DNA of 58,317 bases from a virus. Lineage: Duplodnaviria; Caudoviricetes. The notes beneath the pieces are model-generated. The model had not been told where the DNA came from. It did no database searches and worked only from the letters and a program-made list of their open reading frames with translations. How positions within the stretch are numbered: the first letter of the stretch is position 1; each line of letters starts with the position of its first letter. Location: positions 1 through 58,317 of the IMG/VR virus record IMGVR_UViG_3300037323_000213; one strand, written 5' to 3'. Of the stretch, positions 18,811 through 28,982 are shown in pieces. A program made the translations under genes and the position numbers.

Positions 18811-21800
18811 TTACGTCGTGGCTCTTCTCATAGAGACCGGTGCTTTGGGAACAGCGTAGGGCGCAGGCGAGCCGCTTGAGCCCAAGGGGGTGGGCGCTGC
18901 CACAGTCCCCGCGTTTTGTGACACGATGCCAAAGATGGAGCTGAGCACGCTCAGCATCTTTTGCTGCACCTCGACCGATTGGCCCAAGAGCTGCTCGCTG
19001 GTGGCAAACATCTCTTTTCCAAGGCCCGAGGGTTGCGCTGAAGAGCGTTCAGCGGCTGCTGCTTGGGTGGGCTTGAACCCATAGGCGTCTGCCAACGGGG
19101 AGCCCGCCATTTGCGTGGGCGCGCTGGTGGCGGTGTACTTTGCCACAACGGCCTTGGCGGGAGTAAGCGCGCTTGGCGCGCCTTGGCCCGGTAGCTTCAG
19201 GCCAGCAGAAGCCGCCACCGGTGCAGCACCCACTGCGCTGGCACTGGCCAAGACTGCGCCCACGGGTGGCGCTGCGGTGCTCACCGAGGAGCTCCCGCCC
19301 ATCGATTTGAGCTTGTTGTTGACCTTGTCATTCAACACGCTGTACACCTCAGCCAGTGTCCTGGGGCGCCCGTTGTCGTAGAAGATGGCGGTGTTGGACT
19401 TTGCAGCGCTTGGCATCACCGCAGCAGCCGATGCGTCTGGGGTTTTGTCCAAAGCGTTTAAGAACCTCGCGCCCCCCGAGCCGCCCATGAAGTGGCCAAT
19501 GTAGGCCTCGGTCGCCCCAATGGTGCGCCGAGTCTTGTTGCCCAAGTCGCGCATCGTCTCCTTTAGGTAGTGCGCGCCCATGATGGCGTTGGCCTTCACG
19601 TCAAAGGGCGAGGTGCTTGCATCATAGCCGTACTGGCGACCGTACTTGCTGATAACAGCAGACCAGGTGTTGTCCACAAACTGAAACAAGCCAGAGGCAC
19701 TGCTGGTCTTTGCTTTGGCATCGGGGTTAAAGCCCGACTCGACGGCAGCGGTCTTCATTGCAACGTCTGGGTCCAAGCCCACCAGCTTGGCCGCAGCGGT
19801 GATGGTGTCTTTCAGACCCGCGTAGCCTTTGCCACTGGGAGCAGGCACTTTCACGCTGGGGTCAGCGGGCATCGATTTGGCGGAACCCATCTGCGCGGTA
19901 AGTCCCGTGGCTTTTGCACCCACGTTGCCTTGTGACTTGGGCTCGACCTCGCCGTCTGCTCCAGCCGCACCCAAGTTGGGGTTCTTGGCTGCAGACAGGC
20001 CCATTGCCCCGCCCACCGCACTGGCAGCAGCCCCAATCGCACCACCGACCTTGCTGAGGAAACCGGGCGCCTGAGGGGGCGCGGGTGCTGCGGGCGTGCC
20101 CGGTGCAAACGCCACGTTTGCGGTATCCATGCCCGGGGTGCCGTCTTTTTCCTTGTTGTCCACATTGGGCGTGGTGCTCGCGTTGTAAGACGCCATGGCC
20201 AGTGCTTTGTTTCGCCGGTACAGGGATGCGCCCAAAACGGTGCCGTAGCCCCCACCGCCTCGACCCACCCCGCCTTCGATGGCTGCCACAGCCGCGTCGA
20301 TGTTTCGCTTGAAACTGTTGGGGTCTGACTGGATGCCCGCGGGCTCCATGTGCCACGGCTCACCGCCCACGGGGCGGGTAAAGCCGTACTTGCGCATGAG
20401 CCCCATCTTGTCGAGCTGATTCAGTGTGACCGAGTCAATGTCCAGCGCCAAGCCAAACTCGTGCAAAGAGTTGCCCGGTTTGGCCGCCTTCTTGGGGTCT
20501 GCTTTGTGCGCGCGCTCTTGATCGGCGTAGCTGCGAAAGCCACTGTTGACCCCGACCTTGTTGCCTGTCAGTTTGCCGTACTCCTCGACCATGCCGTAGA
20601 AGTGCTTGAGCAGCGCTGGGTTCACCCCTTGCAAAGACGCCTTGCCTTTGAGCTTGATGTAGGACATGGCGTTTCGCCCGTCGCCACGTTCACCCCCGGC
20701 GTGTGCAATGGTGCCTGCGTTCGCACCGCCTGAGCCCAAGGCGGGGGAGGCCTCGCCCTCTTCGCGCGGCTCGATTTCAGCATCGGGTGGCGGGAGCAAA
20801 GGTGCCATCAAAGCGCGGGCGTTGATGGCCTCGCTGTTCTTCTTGCCGCTGATCTTCTCTCGCAGGCGCTCCAAAAAGCCCGATGGCTTTTTGTCTTGGC
20901 CCTTTTCTTTTTCCTCGATTGCGCTGCTGAGCGCAGCGGCCTCAGCGGCGACTTTGGAGGCGTTGTTGGCTTTGGCGCCTCGCCCAGGCGATTGCTTGTC
21001 AAGCTCATCGATCAAGGCCTGGGCTTGTTGGTCGACCTCTTTGACGGTGGTGGGCTTAAAGCCCATGCTCAGCAGCGGGAGCTTGTCGTACTCGTAGCGC
21101 CCCTCGGGGAAGCGCACCGCTTGGGCAAGCTTCTTCTTGTCGTCCTCTTTGAGCGCGTCTGCCCCAGACAAGCTTGGTTTGCCAGCGAGGCGGTCCATGG
21201 CCGTGATGTGGGTCAGAAACACCGCTTTGAAGCGGTTTTGGTACCAGCCAAAGAACAAGGAGAGGTGCTTGTCGTTTTTGTGGTCCAGCCCAAAGGGCGC
21301 GAGCAGCTCTTTGAGCGAGAGGTCCTTCTCCTTGATGGAGAGGGTGCCTTGCTTGGATTGGATGAAGCCCTCCAAGTAGCGCTCGAGCTTGGACACGGCA
21401 GAGGCGTGCTCGGTCACGTCTTTGGGAAACCCGTACTGCACGTGGCGCAGCTTATCAAACGCGTTCAAAGACGAGCGCGCCATCAGGCCCGAGAGCTTGT
21501 TGTTGGCGTAGGAGGCGAGTGCGCCCACGCCGCTTGCCAGCGCCACAGGGGTGCCCAGCTTCTCGGTGAGCCCTGTCTTGTCACCCACCTTATCGGCGAG
21601 GTAGGCGGTTTCGCTTTTGATGCGAGCGGCCTTGGCGCTGTTGACGATGTTGTCCATGAACAGCAAGGAGCCTACCTTCTCAAAGCCCCTTGCGATGCCC
21701 GACTGAAAGCGCTCGGACTTGTCCGCAGCCATCCAGTTTTTATCGTCCTGCTCTTGATCGATTGCGTTGCCACCGGCGCCCACTGCGCCTGCTGCGGCAT

Positions 21801-24800
21801 CGGTGGCATAGCCCAGTGCTGCGCCCACCGCACCGCCCACGGCCACCGTGGCCGCCAGCTTGGCTGCAGCGACGGCCTTGAGCGCCAGCACACCAGCCGC
21901 GCCGCCTGCAACGGCACCGGGCAAGAAGCGCTCCATCAGCCCAGTGCCCAGGGCGCCTAAGACACCACTGCCTGCACCGCCCGCTGCTCCTGCTGCGCCA
22001 GCAGCACCTGCGCCAGCCGCACCGCCTGCACCGCGGGCTGCTGCAGCGGCTGCAGCAGCCCGCTTTTTGTTTTGCTTGTCTTGCAAGGAGTTCTCGCGCA
22101 CGCCGTCGCCGTCGATGTCGCCCGCAACTTTCTTGGGACTGAACTTGTCTTTGAAAATGGCCTTGATGTCTTCCAAGAGCACGACGGTGCGCTCGCTGGC
22201 CACGGCTTGTGCGGTTTGCCTGCGCTCGCTCATGTTTTGGCGCAGGTCGTCTTGGCGGGCTTCTCGGTCCTGGGCCAAGGTCCTGCCCCGGCGCGTGGGC
22301 TGTTTGACCCGCATGCTAAACAACTTGCCAATCGCCCCAAGGGTTTTGCCAACCAGCGAGCCAAGGGTGGTTTTGATCGGCTGGCCCCGCGCGTCGAGCA
22401 AACCCTTCTCAACGTCCTCAAAGCTCAGCACGACTTGGCCGTCCTCGTCCTTGATCTCCCCGTCAATGTCGCTTGGGGTGGCAATGGGTCTTTGCGTGGC
22501 CGAGGAGAAGTAGCCCCCGTTTTTCATCACCGAGCCGTAGAGGGAGACTTGGTTGCTCCCACTCACGTACACATCGCTTGGCTTGGCTGACAAGCCCACC
22601 AAGCGCTTGAACACCGAGCCCACCGCTTTGCCCGCCAGTCGCCCAATGCCAAGCACGAGCCCAAGCGTCTTTTTCTGCACAAACATCGCTGAGCGAAACA
22701 AGGCCTTGCCCACGATGGCGACCAGCTTGAAGGGGTTGAATATTTTGAGCAGCGAGTCGTACACCTGCAAGTTGTCCAAGTCCTCCTCGTTTAGCACGAC
22801 TTGGCCCTCGGTGTCTTCGAGCTCACCACTGATGTCGTCTTGGTGGTAGATTGTCATGCCGCTTTTCCTCAAGCGGTAGTGGCCCTCTTTCAGTTTGCTG
22901 GCGTACAAGCGCGGCTCGCTCTCACCGCGCACGTACACGTCTTTCACTTTGCTGCGCCCAAAGCCCAGCACGCTTTTGATGGCGCGCGCGCTCAGCTTGA
23001 GCGCTTTGCCAATCAGGCGAAAGTTGTAGGCAACCATCTTGGGGGCCACACGGGTTTGGAAGTACCAAAGCGCCCCCACCAGTTTGCCCAGACCGCGCCC
23101 AACCGAGCGGATCACGGAGAACTCGCGCGTCTTGGGGTCGTACACGCGCAGCTGATCAATCTCCTCGGCTTGCACGACGGTGGAGCCCGACTCGTCTCGC
23201 ACCTCACCCGTGATCTCGCTGTGGTGAAAGATCTTCTCTCCCGTCTCAGCCAAGTAGTAGTGACCCTCTTTCAGTTTGGCTGCGTACAGGCGCGGTGTTT
23301 CTTGGCCCTGCAAGTAGACGTCTTTGGGCTCGCCTTGGTTGTCCTCAAAGGCGTCTCGGGTGCTGCTCAGGCCCCGAGCGATGGCGTTTTGCAAGCCCTG
23401 GCGAGACAGGTCAATCTGACCCAACCTCATCTGGCCCAAAGCACCAGTGGCCTTGTTCTTGGCGCCCTCTAAGGCGCTTAGGCTTTGGGTCCTCAGATCA
23501 AAGAACGCCGCGCGCGCCAGCTCAGTGGCGCTTAAGACCACCGTGGGTCCCTCCATCACGTCTCCCGTGATCTCGCTTTGATGCTCAATCACTTTGCCAC
23601 TCAACTTGTCTCGGTACTTGCCCAAGCTCAGTTTGAGCTCGAGCAGGCGAGGAGAGGACTCCCCCTTCACGTACACGTCTTGCACAGCGGTTTTGAATTT
23701 GCCAACACCCTTTAGAACGCCCGCTTTCAACGAGTTGCCCGCACTCAGAATTGCTTTACCAAGGATGCCCGGCTCGCTGTCTTCGTCCGATGAAATCAGC
23801 AAGCGCCCGCTCTGGGACGACCTTCTGGAGCGCTGGCGGCGCGTGCGCTGGGTGGCGTTTGCTGCTGAGGCAACTGCGCCAGTCTCGCCCTCGACGGCCT
23901 CGCTGGCATCGATGCTGCCAGGTGCGCTCAGTCCCTGCGCGCTGGTTGCAGCTGAGGCGCCCAGGAGACTCTCGATTTTGCTCAGCGCCTTGCCAATGCT
24001 CTCGTTGCCCCGGATGGCTGAGCCAAGCGTGGGCGAGGGCTTTCGAAAGCCCTCGGGCGCATTGGGCCCGTTAGGGTCGAACGTGGGCACGCCCTCATTG
24101 CTCAGCTCGTCTCTGCGTCCCCGCTCGCCCCCTCCAAGCCCGCTGTCGCCCGCGCCACTTGGCCCGTTTGGTCCATCCAGGCCAATGATGCCGCTTGCAC
24201 CACCCAAGCCGCCCAGGCCAGCGGGCCCAGCCGCGCCCGCGCCGCTTGCGCCGCCTGTGCCTCTTGTGCCTCTTGTGCCACCACCACCACTGGGTCCACT
24301 TGGTCCCGCTGGTCCACCGATGCCAGACGAGCCACCCAGACCACCTGGGCCCACCCCATCACCAGGGCCAATTGCGCCACCCGGGCCTCCCGCAGGAGGC
24401 AGTCCGTTACTCGTCTTTAGGTAGTGCTCTAAAAGAGCATCGACATCAATGGTTTGTCCGTTTTTGCCCAACACCCGCATGCGCTTTAGCGCTTGACTTC
24501 CCCCCAGATCCATGCGCTGCTGCATGGCGCCTCGCGCGTCCATCACCCCGTCAGCAGCGCTGTTGTGCAGCCTGGAGAAATCCAGTTGCTTTTGGGGAGA
24601 TAAGCTCTCCAAGTAGCTTTTCACCAGTGGGACCAACTCGTCTTGCACCGCTTCGCTCTCGTCTCGGTAAGCACGAAATTTGGCCAAGTTCTCAACGTTG
24701 GCGCTCTTGCCAGCAGCAGCGTTTTTCAGCAGCTTGCGCTTGAGCGCGTCGCGTGCAGCCGGGCTCAGCGTGCTGTTGGCGTCGATGTTGTCTGCCAGCG

Positions 24801-26400
24801 CGTCGAGCTTGCTCTGCGTCCTGCTCACCGCTGCTTGGGGCACGATGTCTTGGAAGATCTTTTTCTTCAAAGACGCGCTGGAGACAAACGCACCGTCGTC
24901 GTGGCTGTACTCGGTAAGCTTGGTGTTCTCGTTGCCCGTGCGGGTCACTTGAATCTCGCGCAAGATGCGAGCGAGGTAGCCTGGGATGATCTCGTTGATG
25001 GTCTTGTCCGTTCGCCGGGTGTCCAGACTGAACGCGTCGCCCATGTCCTTGGCCTTGTAGGCCATGGCCTGGGTGTCTGGGGCCATGTTGGGCACAAACT
25101 GCTGAAACGTGCGCTTGAACCACGCACCGATGCTGGGGTCGTAGTCGTTGTCGCGCGTTGTGCGGTAGTCTTCCAAGGTCCGAGGCGCGTTCTCCAGCGC
25201 GTTCTCCAGCTTGGTGCCGCGCTCGCTGATCTTAAAGCGCTCGTCGGCCCGCCTGGCTTTGCCAATGAGGTCGAATTTTCGGTTGAGGTAGCTGTTCTCA
25301 TCCTTGGCGCGCTTGATCAAGCTCTCAATGCTGGCCTGCGCTGCCATGCCCCCGACCATGTTGCCCGCCATGTTGACCCCATCGGCCCCAGGCATGTCGC
25401 CTGCGCCTGCGGCCTGCTCGCCCATGTCTGTGGCCCCACTGAGGCCCGCGCGAACCCCGCGCGCGACACCCTTGATGCTGTCGAGCACCGAGTTCTTCAC
25501 CCGCTCAAGCGTCTTCTGCACGAGCTTGTTGCGCCCACCAAAGAGGCCGTCACTTGCGCTCTCATAGAACTTGTTGAGCGCGACTTGCTTTAAGCCCTCG
25601 TTCAAGTTGATCTTCACGAACTCTGGGAGCGCGGTGTTCTTGGTGATGTTCGTTAAGAACTGATCTCGCTTGGCATCGCTCTTTTGGCTGTTGGCCAGCA
25701 TGTCTTGCGTGGCAAAGAGCTGGCGGTACTGCAGCTCCAAAGACTTCTTTTGGTAGCGCAGGGTGATGTTGCTTTGGTACTGCTCCAAGCGACTGAGGGA
25801 CAAGGCGCTGGCGTTGGCCATTGCAAACATGTCCTTGTGGCGCGTCATCTCAATGCCTTGGCGCAACTGGTCCTTGCCCGCATCGGTGGCCTTATCAGCC
25901 ACGTTTTGCTTGACCTGGGACTCAAAGATGTCGATCATCGTGGATGATAGCATCGACTCGCGCTGCGCGTCTTGACTGAGCACCGCACTGGCCGCCTCAT
26001 CTCGCTCACTGCTCCAGCGCTTGAGCATCTCGCTCACCGCTTTGGGCACCAGCTTGTTATCGGGCGGGATCAGCTTGACCGCGGCCTTTTTGAAATCGTT
26101 GATGGCGGGTCGGATCTCTTTGAGCCCCCCGTCGTAGATGTCGCGCGCGGTGCGCTTGACCGCTCCAGCGGCATCCATCGTTTGACCGTATCCCTTGGGG
26201 AGCACATCGCGCAGCACGGTCTTTAAGAACGCGGTGTCGCGCAGGCCGTCGGCTGCACCCGTGATCAAGCCCGAGGTGAATTTGACCACTGGCTTTCTAT
26301 CATCGGTGGCAAAGGGGTCTGGGAAATCGAGGTCATCAAAATCGAGCTCAGAGTCCAGATCAAACTCGTTGTTGATTGACTCGGGTTTGTTGGTGGCCAT
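18811..26400 (-). CDS. Giant tail-associated peptidoglycan hydrolase / tape-measure-like protein (phiKZ gp181-like) with an M15 peptidase and a lytic transglycosylase domain
   Basis: About 2530 aa. SLT motif AAVESGFNP...SASGLFQF...AYIGHFMG; M15 motifs NSGFRS, SLHEFGLALD and EPWHME; divergent from the vRNAP genes as in phiKZ. Confidence 0.85.
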   Translation of the reverse strand: MATNKPESINNEFDLDSELDFDDLDFPDPFATDDRKPVVKFTSGLITGAADGLRDTAFLKTVLRDVLPKGYGQTMDAAGAVKRTARDIYDGGLKEIRPAINDFKKAAVKLIPPDNKLVPKAVSEMLKRWSSERDEAASAVLSQDAQRESMLSSTMIDIFESQVKQNVADKATDAGKDQLRQGIEMTRHKDMFAMANASALSLSRLEQYQSNITLRYQKKSLELQYRQLFATQDMLANSQKSDAKRDQFLTNITKNTALPEFVKINLNEGLKQVALNKFYESASDGLFGGRNKLVQKTLERVKNSVLDSIKGVARGVRAGLSGATDMGEQAAGAGDMPGADGVNMAGNMVGGMAAQASIESLIKRAKDENSYLNRKFDLIGKARRADERFKISERGTKLENALENAPRTLEDYRTTRDNDYDPSIGAWFKRTFQQFVPNMAPDTQAMAYKAKDMGDAFSLDTRRTDKTINEIIPGYLARILREIQVTRTGNENTKLTEYSHDDGAFVSSASLKKKIFQDIVPQAAVSRTQSKLDALADNIDANSTLSPAARDALKRKLLKNAAAGKSANVENLAKFRAYRDESEAVQDELVPLVKSYLESLSPQKQLDFSRLHNSAADGVMDARGAMQQRMDLGGSQALKRMRVLGKNGQTIDVDALLEHYLKTSNGLPPAGGPGGAIGPGDGVGPGGLGGSSGIGGPAGPSGPSGGGGTRGTRGTGGASGAGAAGPAGLGGLGGASGIIGLDGPNGPSGAGDSGLGGGERGRRDELSNEGVPTFDPNGPNAPEGFRKPSPTLGSAIRGNESIGKALSKIESLLGASAATSAQGLSAPGSIDASEAVEGETGAVASAANATQRTRRQRSRRSSQSGRLLISSDEDSEPGILGKAILSAGNSLKAGVLKGVGKFKTAVQDVYVKGESSPRLLELKLSLGKYRDKLSGKVIEHQSEITGDVMEGPTVVLSATELARAAFFDLRTQSLSALEGAKNKATGALGQMRLGQIDLSRQGLQNAIARGLSSTRDAFEDNQGEPKDVYLQGQETPRLYAAKLKEGHYYLAETGEKIFHHSEITGEVRDESGSTVVQAEEIDQLRVYDPKTREFSVIRSVGRGLGKLVGALWYFQTRVAPKMVAYNFRLIGKALKLSARAIKSVLGFGRSKVKDVYVRGESEPRLYASKLKEGHYRLRKSGMTIYHQDDISGELEDTEGQVVLNEEDLDNLQVYDSLLKIFNPFKLVAIVGKALFRSAMFVQKKTLGLVLGIGRLAGKAVGSVFKRLVGLSAKPSDVYVSGSNQVSLYGSVMKNGGYFSSATQRPIATPSDIDGEIKDEDGQVVLSFEDVEKGLLDARGQPIKTTLGSLVGKTLGAIGKLFSMRVKQPTRRGRTLAQDREARQDDLRQNMSERRQTAQAVASERTVVLLEDIKAIFKDKFSPKKVAGDIDGDGVRENSLQDKQNKKRAAAAAAAARGAGGAAGAGAAGAAGAAGGAGSGVLGALGTGLMERFLPGAVAGGAAGVLALKAVAAAKLAATVAVGGAVGAALGYATDAAAGAVGAGGNAIDQEQDDKNWMAADKSERFQSGIARGFEKVGSLLFMDNIVNSAKAARIKSETAYLADKVGDKTGLTEKLGTPVALASGVGALASYANNKLSGLMARSSLNAFDKLRHVQYGFPKDVTEHASAVSKLERYLEGFIQSKQGTLSIKEKDLSLKELLAPFGLDHKNDKHLSLFFGWYQNRFKAVFLTHITAMDRLAGKPSLSGADALKEDDKKKLAQAVRFPEGRYEYDKLPLLSMGFKPTTVKEVDQQAQALIDELDKQSPGRGAKANNASKVAAEAAALSSAIEEKEKGQDKKPSGFLERLREKISGKKNSEAINARALMAPLLPPPDAEIEPREEGEASPALGSGGANAGTIAHAGGERGDGRNAMSYIKLKGKASLQGVNPALLKHFYGMVEEYGKLTGNKVGVNSGFRSYADQERAHKADPKKAAKPGNSLHEFGLALDIDSVTLNQLDKMGLMRKYGFTRPVGGEPWHMEPAGIQSDPNSFKRNIDAAVAAIEGGVGRGGGGYGTVLGASLYRRNKALAMASYNASTTPNVDNKEKDGTPGMDTANVAFAPGTPAAPAPPQAPGFLSKVGGAIGAAASAVGGAMGLSAAKNPNLGAAGADGEVEPKSQGNVGAKATGLTAQMGSAKSMPADPSVKVPAPSGKGYAGLKDTITAAAKLVGLDPDVAMKTAAVESGFNPDAKAKTSSASGLFQFVDNTWSAVISKYGRQYGYDASTSPFDVKANAIMGAHYLKETMRDLGNKTRRTIGATEAYIGHFMGGSGGARFLNALDKTPDASAAAVMPSAAKSNTAIFYDNGRPRTLAEVYSVLNDKVNNKLKSMGGSSSVSTAAPPVGAVLASASAVGAAPVAASAGLKLPGQGAPSALTPAKAVVAKYTATSAPTQMAGSPLADAYGFKPTQAAAAERSSAQPSGLGKEMFATSEQLLGQSVEVQQKMLSVLSSIFGIVSQNAGTVAAPTPLGSSGSPAPYAVPKAPVSMRRATT

Positions 26401-26526
26401 TGATAAATCCATTTCTTTGCGTGTTTCTAAGGACCCCAGCAAACCCGCCTTTTGAGGCGGTGTTGGCTGAGGTCTACATAACTTTAAGCTTCCAGCCCTT
26501 GTTTTTTTAAGGAGAAAATTCTACCC

Positions 26527-27975
26527 ATGGCCGTCAATGACATCCCCTTTAACATCGATTTGCTGCAAATCAACGACGAGGACATCAAGCGCATTCGAGC
26601 TGTAACCTCCCTTGATACCTTTGAGGGCGTCACAAAGAACTTTCACCCCGATGGGCTTTTCTCCACGACCACGTTTGGCGTGGCCGGCTCAGATGCGCGC
26701 TATTTGCGCTACGGCTACATTGACTTGAAGTTGCCGGTGATCCATCCCACCATCTACAAGTCCCTGATGGGCTTGCGCAGCTTGTACAGCGACATCTTGG
26801 CGAGCCGAGAGTTTGTGCGCTGGGATGCCAACTTGGCTGACTTCGTCAAGTCCGACGTGGTCGATGGCTACACGGGGTACGCGTACTTCATTGAGCACTG
26901 GCACAAAATCGAGTTCGAGCAGCGCCCAAGCGTCAAGCGCGAGCAAGCAGTCGCGTTCATCGACAAGTACCGAGACAAATCGATGGTTCAGCGCGTGCTC
27001 GTGATCCCCGCGTCCTTAAGAGACCTGGAGATCGATGACAACGGGCGCGAGAGCTCAGACGAGATCAACGCGCTTTACTACAAGCTGATTGCCATCTCCA
27101 ACACCATCAACTTGGCCACCATCAAGGTGAGCCCAGAGGCGTACAACAGCCAGCGCGTGTCCCTGCAAAATACCTTCAACGAGGTCTACGAGTACTTGGC
27201 CGCCATCGTAGAAGGTAAGAAAAACCTGATGATGGGCAAGTGGGCGTCTCGCAAAATCTTCAACGGCACGCGAAACGTGATCACCGCCATGGGCACGGTC
27301 ACGCCCCACCTAGACGCCCCAGGCCACTTGGGCTTTAACGACACCGCAGTAGGTTTGTACCAAACGCTCAAAGCCATCTTGCCCGTGTCTCAGTACCAGC
27401 TGCGCTCTGGGTTCTTAAGCGAGGTGTTCACCTCACCCGGTGCCCCAGCGCTCTTGGTCAACAAGAAGACGCTGCAGTCCGAGCGCGTGCAGCTCAGAGC
27501 CGATGAGTACGACGCGTGGATGACCAACGAGGGGTTGGAAAAATTCATCACCTACTTCCAAGAAGACACGATACGCCACTCCTTTGTGAGCGTGGCAGAT
27601 CACTACGTGGGCTTGCTGTACCGAGGGCCAGACGCCACGTTCAAGTTGTTGCACGGCATCGATGAGCTCCCACCGGGGAGGAACAAGGAGGACTGCAGAC
27701 CCCTTACAAGGGCGGAGCTGCTCTACACGGCCATCTACAAAGTGGCCAACAAGTACCCGTGCTTCTTGACCCGCTACCCCGTTGGGGGCATAGGCAGCAT
27801 CTACCCGAGCAACACGTTTCTAAAGACGACGGTCAAAACCGTCGTCTTGCAAGAACTCGGAGAGGACTGGAAGCCGCTTGGGGAGGGACACATCGCCTAC
27901 GAGTTCCCCACGGACACCAACTTCTTTAACTCCATCTCACCCCACTCGTCTCGACTGGCCATGCTCGGAGCGGAT
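26527..27975 (+). CDS. Virion RNAP beta'-like subunit (phiKZ gp180-like), exon 1
   Basis: HPDGLFS...FG, GYIDL, GKWASRK.FNGTRNVIT and LTRYP motifs; the ORF ends at LAMLGAD, the start of the catalytic ADFDGD motif. Confidence 0.9.
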
Positions 27976-28610
27976 CGTATTTGACGATTAGATAGCTTTT
28001 TAACTGTTTGATACTTGTGTTATGTGGGGAAAGTCAACTTAACAGAAAGTACAGGCATGCTAGAGAAAAACAAACAAATGGACGGGTTCATTCGGATACC
28101 ACTGACCTCAAATCGATATTGCATGTCCTTAGCGGGCAAGGTCAGGGGGGAGAAGATGGCAAAGACGTGTTCAAACCCTGCACGAAGATGGAGAGCTACA
28201 CGCTGCGCTCCACTTGTTTGTTTTTCTTAAATTGTCAAGTTTTGTCCTCACAGGCCGAAATGCCTGTGAGATTCTTCCTTAATTGCTGGAACCCCTCGTT
28301 AGACCACTGAACCTAAGCGGAGCATGAAAATGCACACGTGTCGCAAGACAGGTTTGAAAATCAGTGGGTAGAGGCAACCGTGGACCCAAGGTCCCTTTAG
28401 CAGCTGATGCCCTAAACGCTTGACCGCGCATGGGCCGAGTTCAACGACTAACCCCCACGCAGGGTGTAGGGGCCTAGTGGCCTCGAAACAGGAAGCCTCC
28501 CACGCTGGCCCAGGCCAGCAGGAGGAAGATATAGTCTGGTCTGCATGGAGACATGCAGCTGCCCGCTTGGCGGGCAGCGGTGAGCGTCACGCCCTCACTG
28601 GAACACCACG
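27976..28610 (+). mobile_element. Group I intron 1 (beta' gene)
   Basis: P AATTGCTGGAA (~28280), R GTTCAACGACTA (~28439), S GAAGATATAGTC (~28525); terminal G at 28610; candidate IGS GTCC (28244-47) pairs with exon GGAU through a U.G wobble. Confidence 0.85.
28057..28230 (+). pseudogene. Truncated NUMOD4-type homing endonuclease remnant in the P1 loop of intron 1
   Basis: FIRIPLTSNRYCMSLAGKVR resembles the NUMOD4 motif and the N-terminus of the intact intron-4 HEG; no HNH motif follows. Confidence 0.5.
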
Positions 28611-28622
28611 TTCGACGGAGAT
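28611..28622 (+). CDS. 12-nt micro-exon 2 of the beta'-like subunit encoding F-D-G-D
   Basis: TTCGACGGAGAT lies between the terminal G of intron 1 and the start of intron 2 and completes GAD|FDGD|TAS. Confidence 0.85.
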
Positions 28623-28982
28623 GGACTGCCGCGTCTCCCTAGCCCGAAATGGTTAGTAAAATAATTTCTCTAATTGTCTGGAACCTCTCGCCAAACCACT
28701 GAACCCAAGCGGAGCATGAAAATGCACACGTGCTGCAAAGCAGGTTTGAAAATACAGTGGGTAGAGACAATCAGCAGCCAAGCCCCTGCCTATCGTCGGG
28801 AGACGAGAGATGGGGAAGGTTCAACGACTACTCGAAAGAGGTACACTCAAGTGAGTGGAAATGGGAAACACCCCACCCGCCCACAGGCGCGGGGTGAAGA
28901 TATAGTCTGGTCTGCGCGCAGACGCGCAGCAGCCTTCTTTGCAAGGCGAGACGGGTCTAACGAGCCTGTCTGAACACCAACG
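28623..28982 (+). mobile_element. Group I intron 2 (beta' gene)
   Basis: IGS GTCTCC pairs with micro-exon GGAGAU (U.G at the splice site); P AATTGTCTGGAA, Q AATCAGCAG, R GTTCAACGACTA, S GAAGATATAGTC; terminal G at 28982. Confidence 0.9.

Noticed and set aside
18890-26455. Many plus-strand ORFs overlapping the gp181-like gene, with similar cases over the sheath, tube and gp26-like genes
   Set aside because: They are antisense shadow ORFs expected from GC-rich codon bias.
28008-28973. ORFs 28008..28310, 28420..28656 and 28674..28973
   Set aside because: They overlap ribozyme cores and have no recognisable protein motifs, so they are probably spurious.
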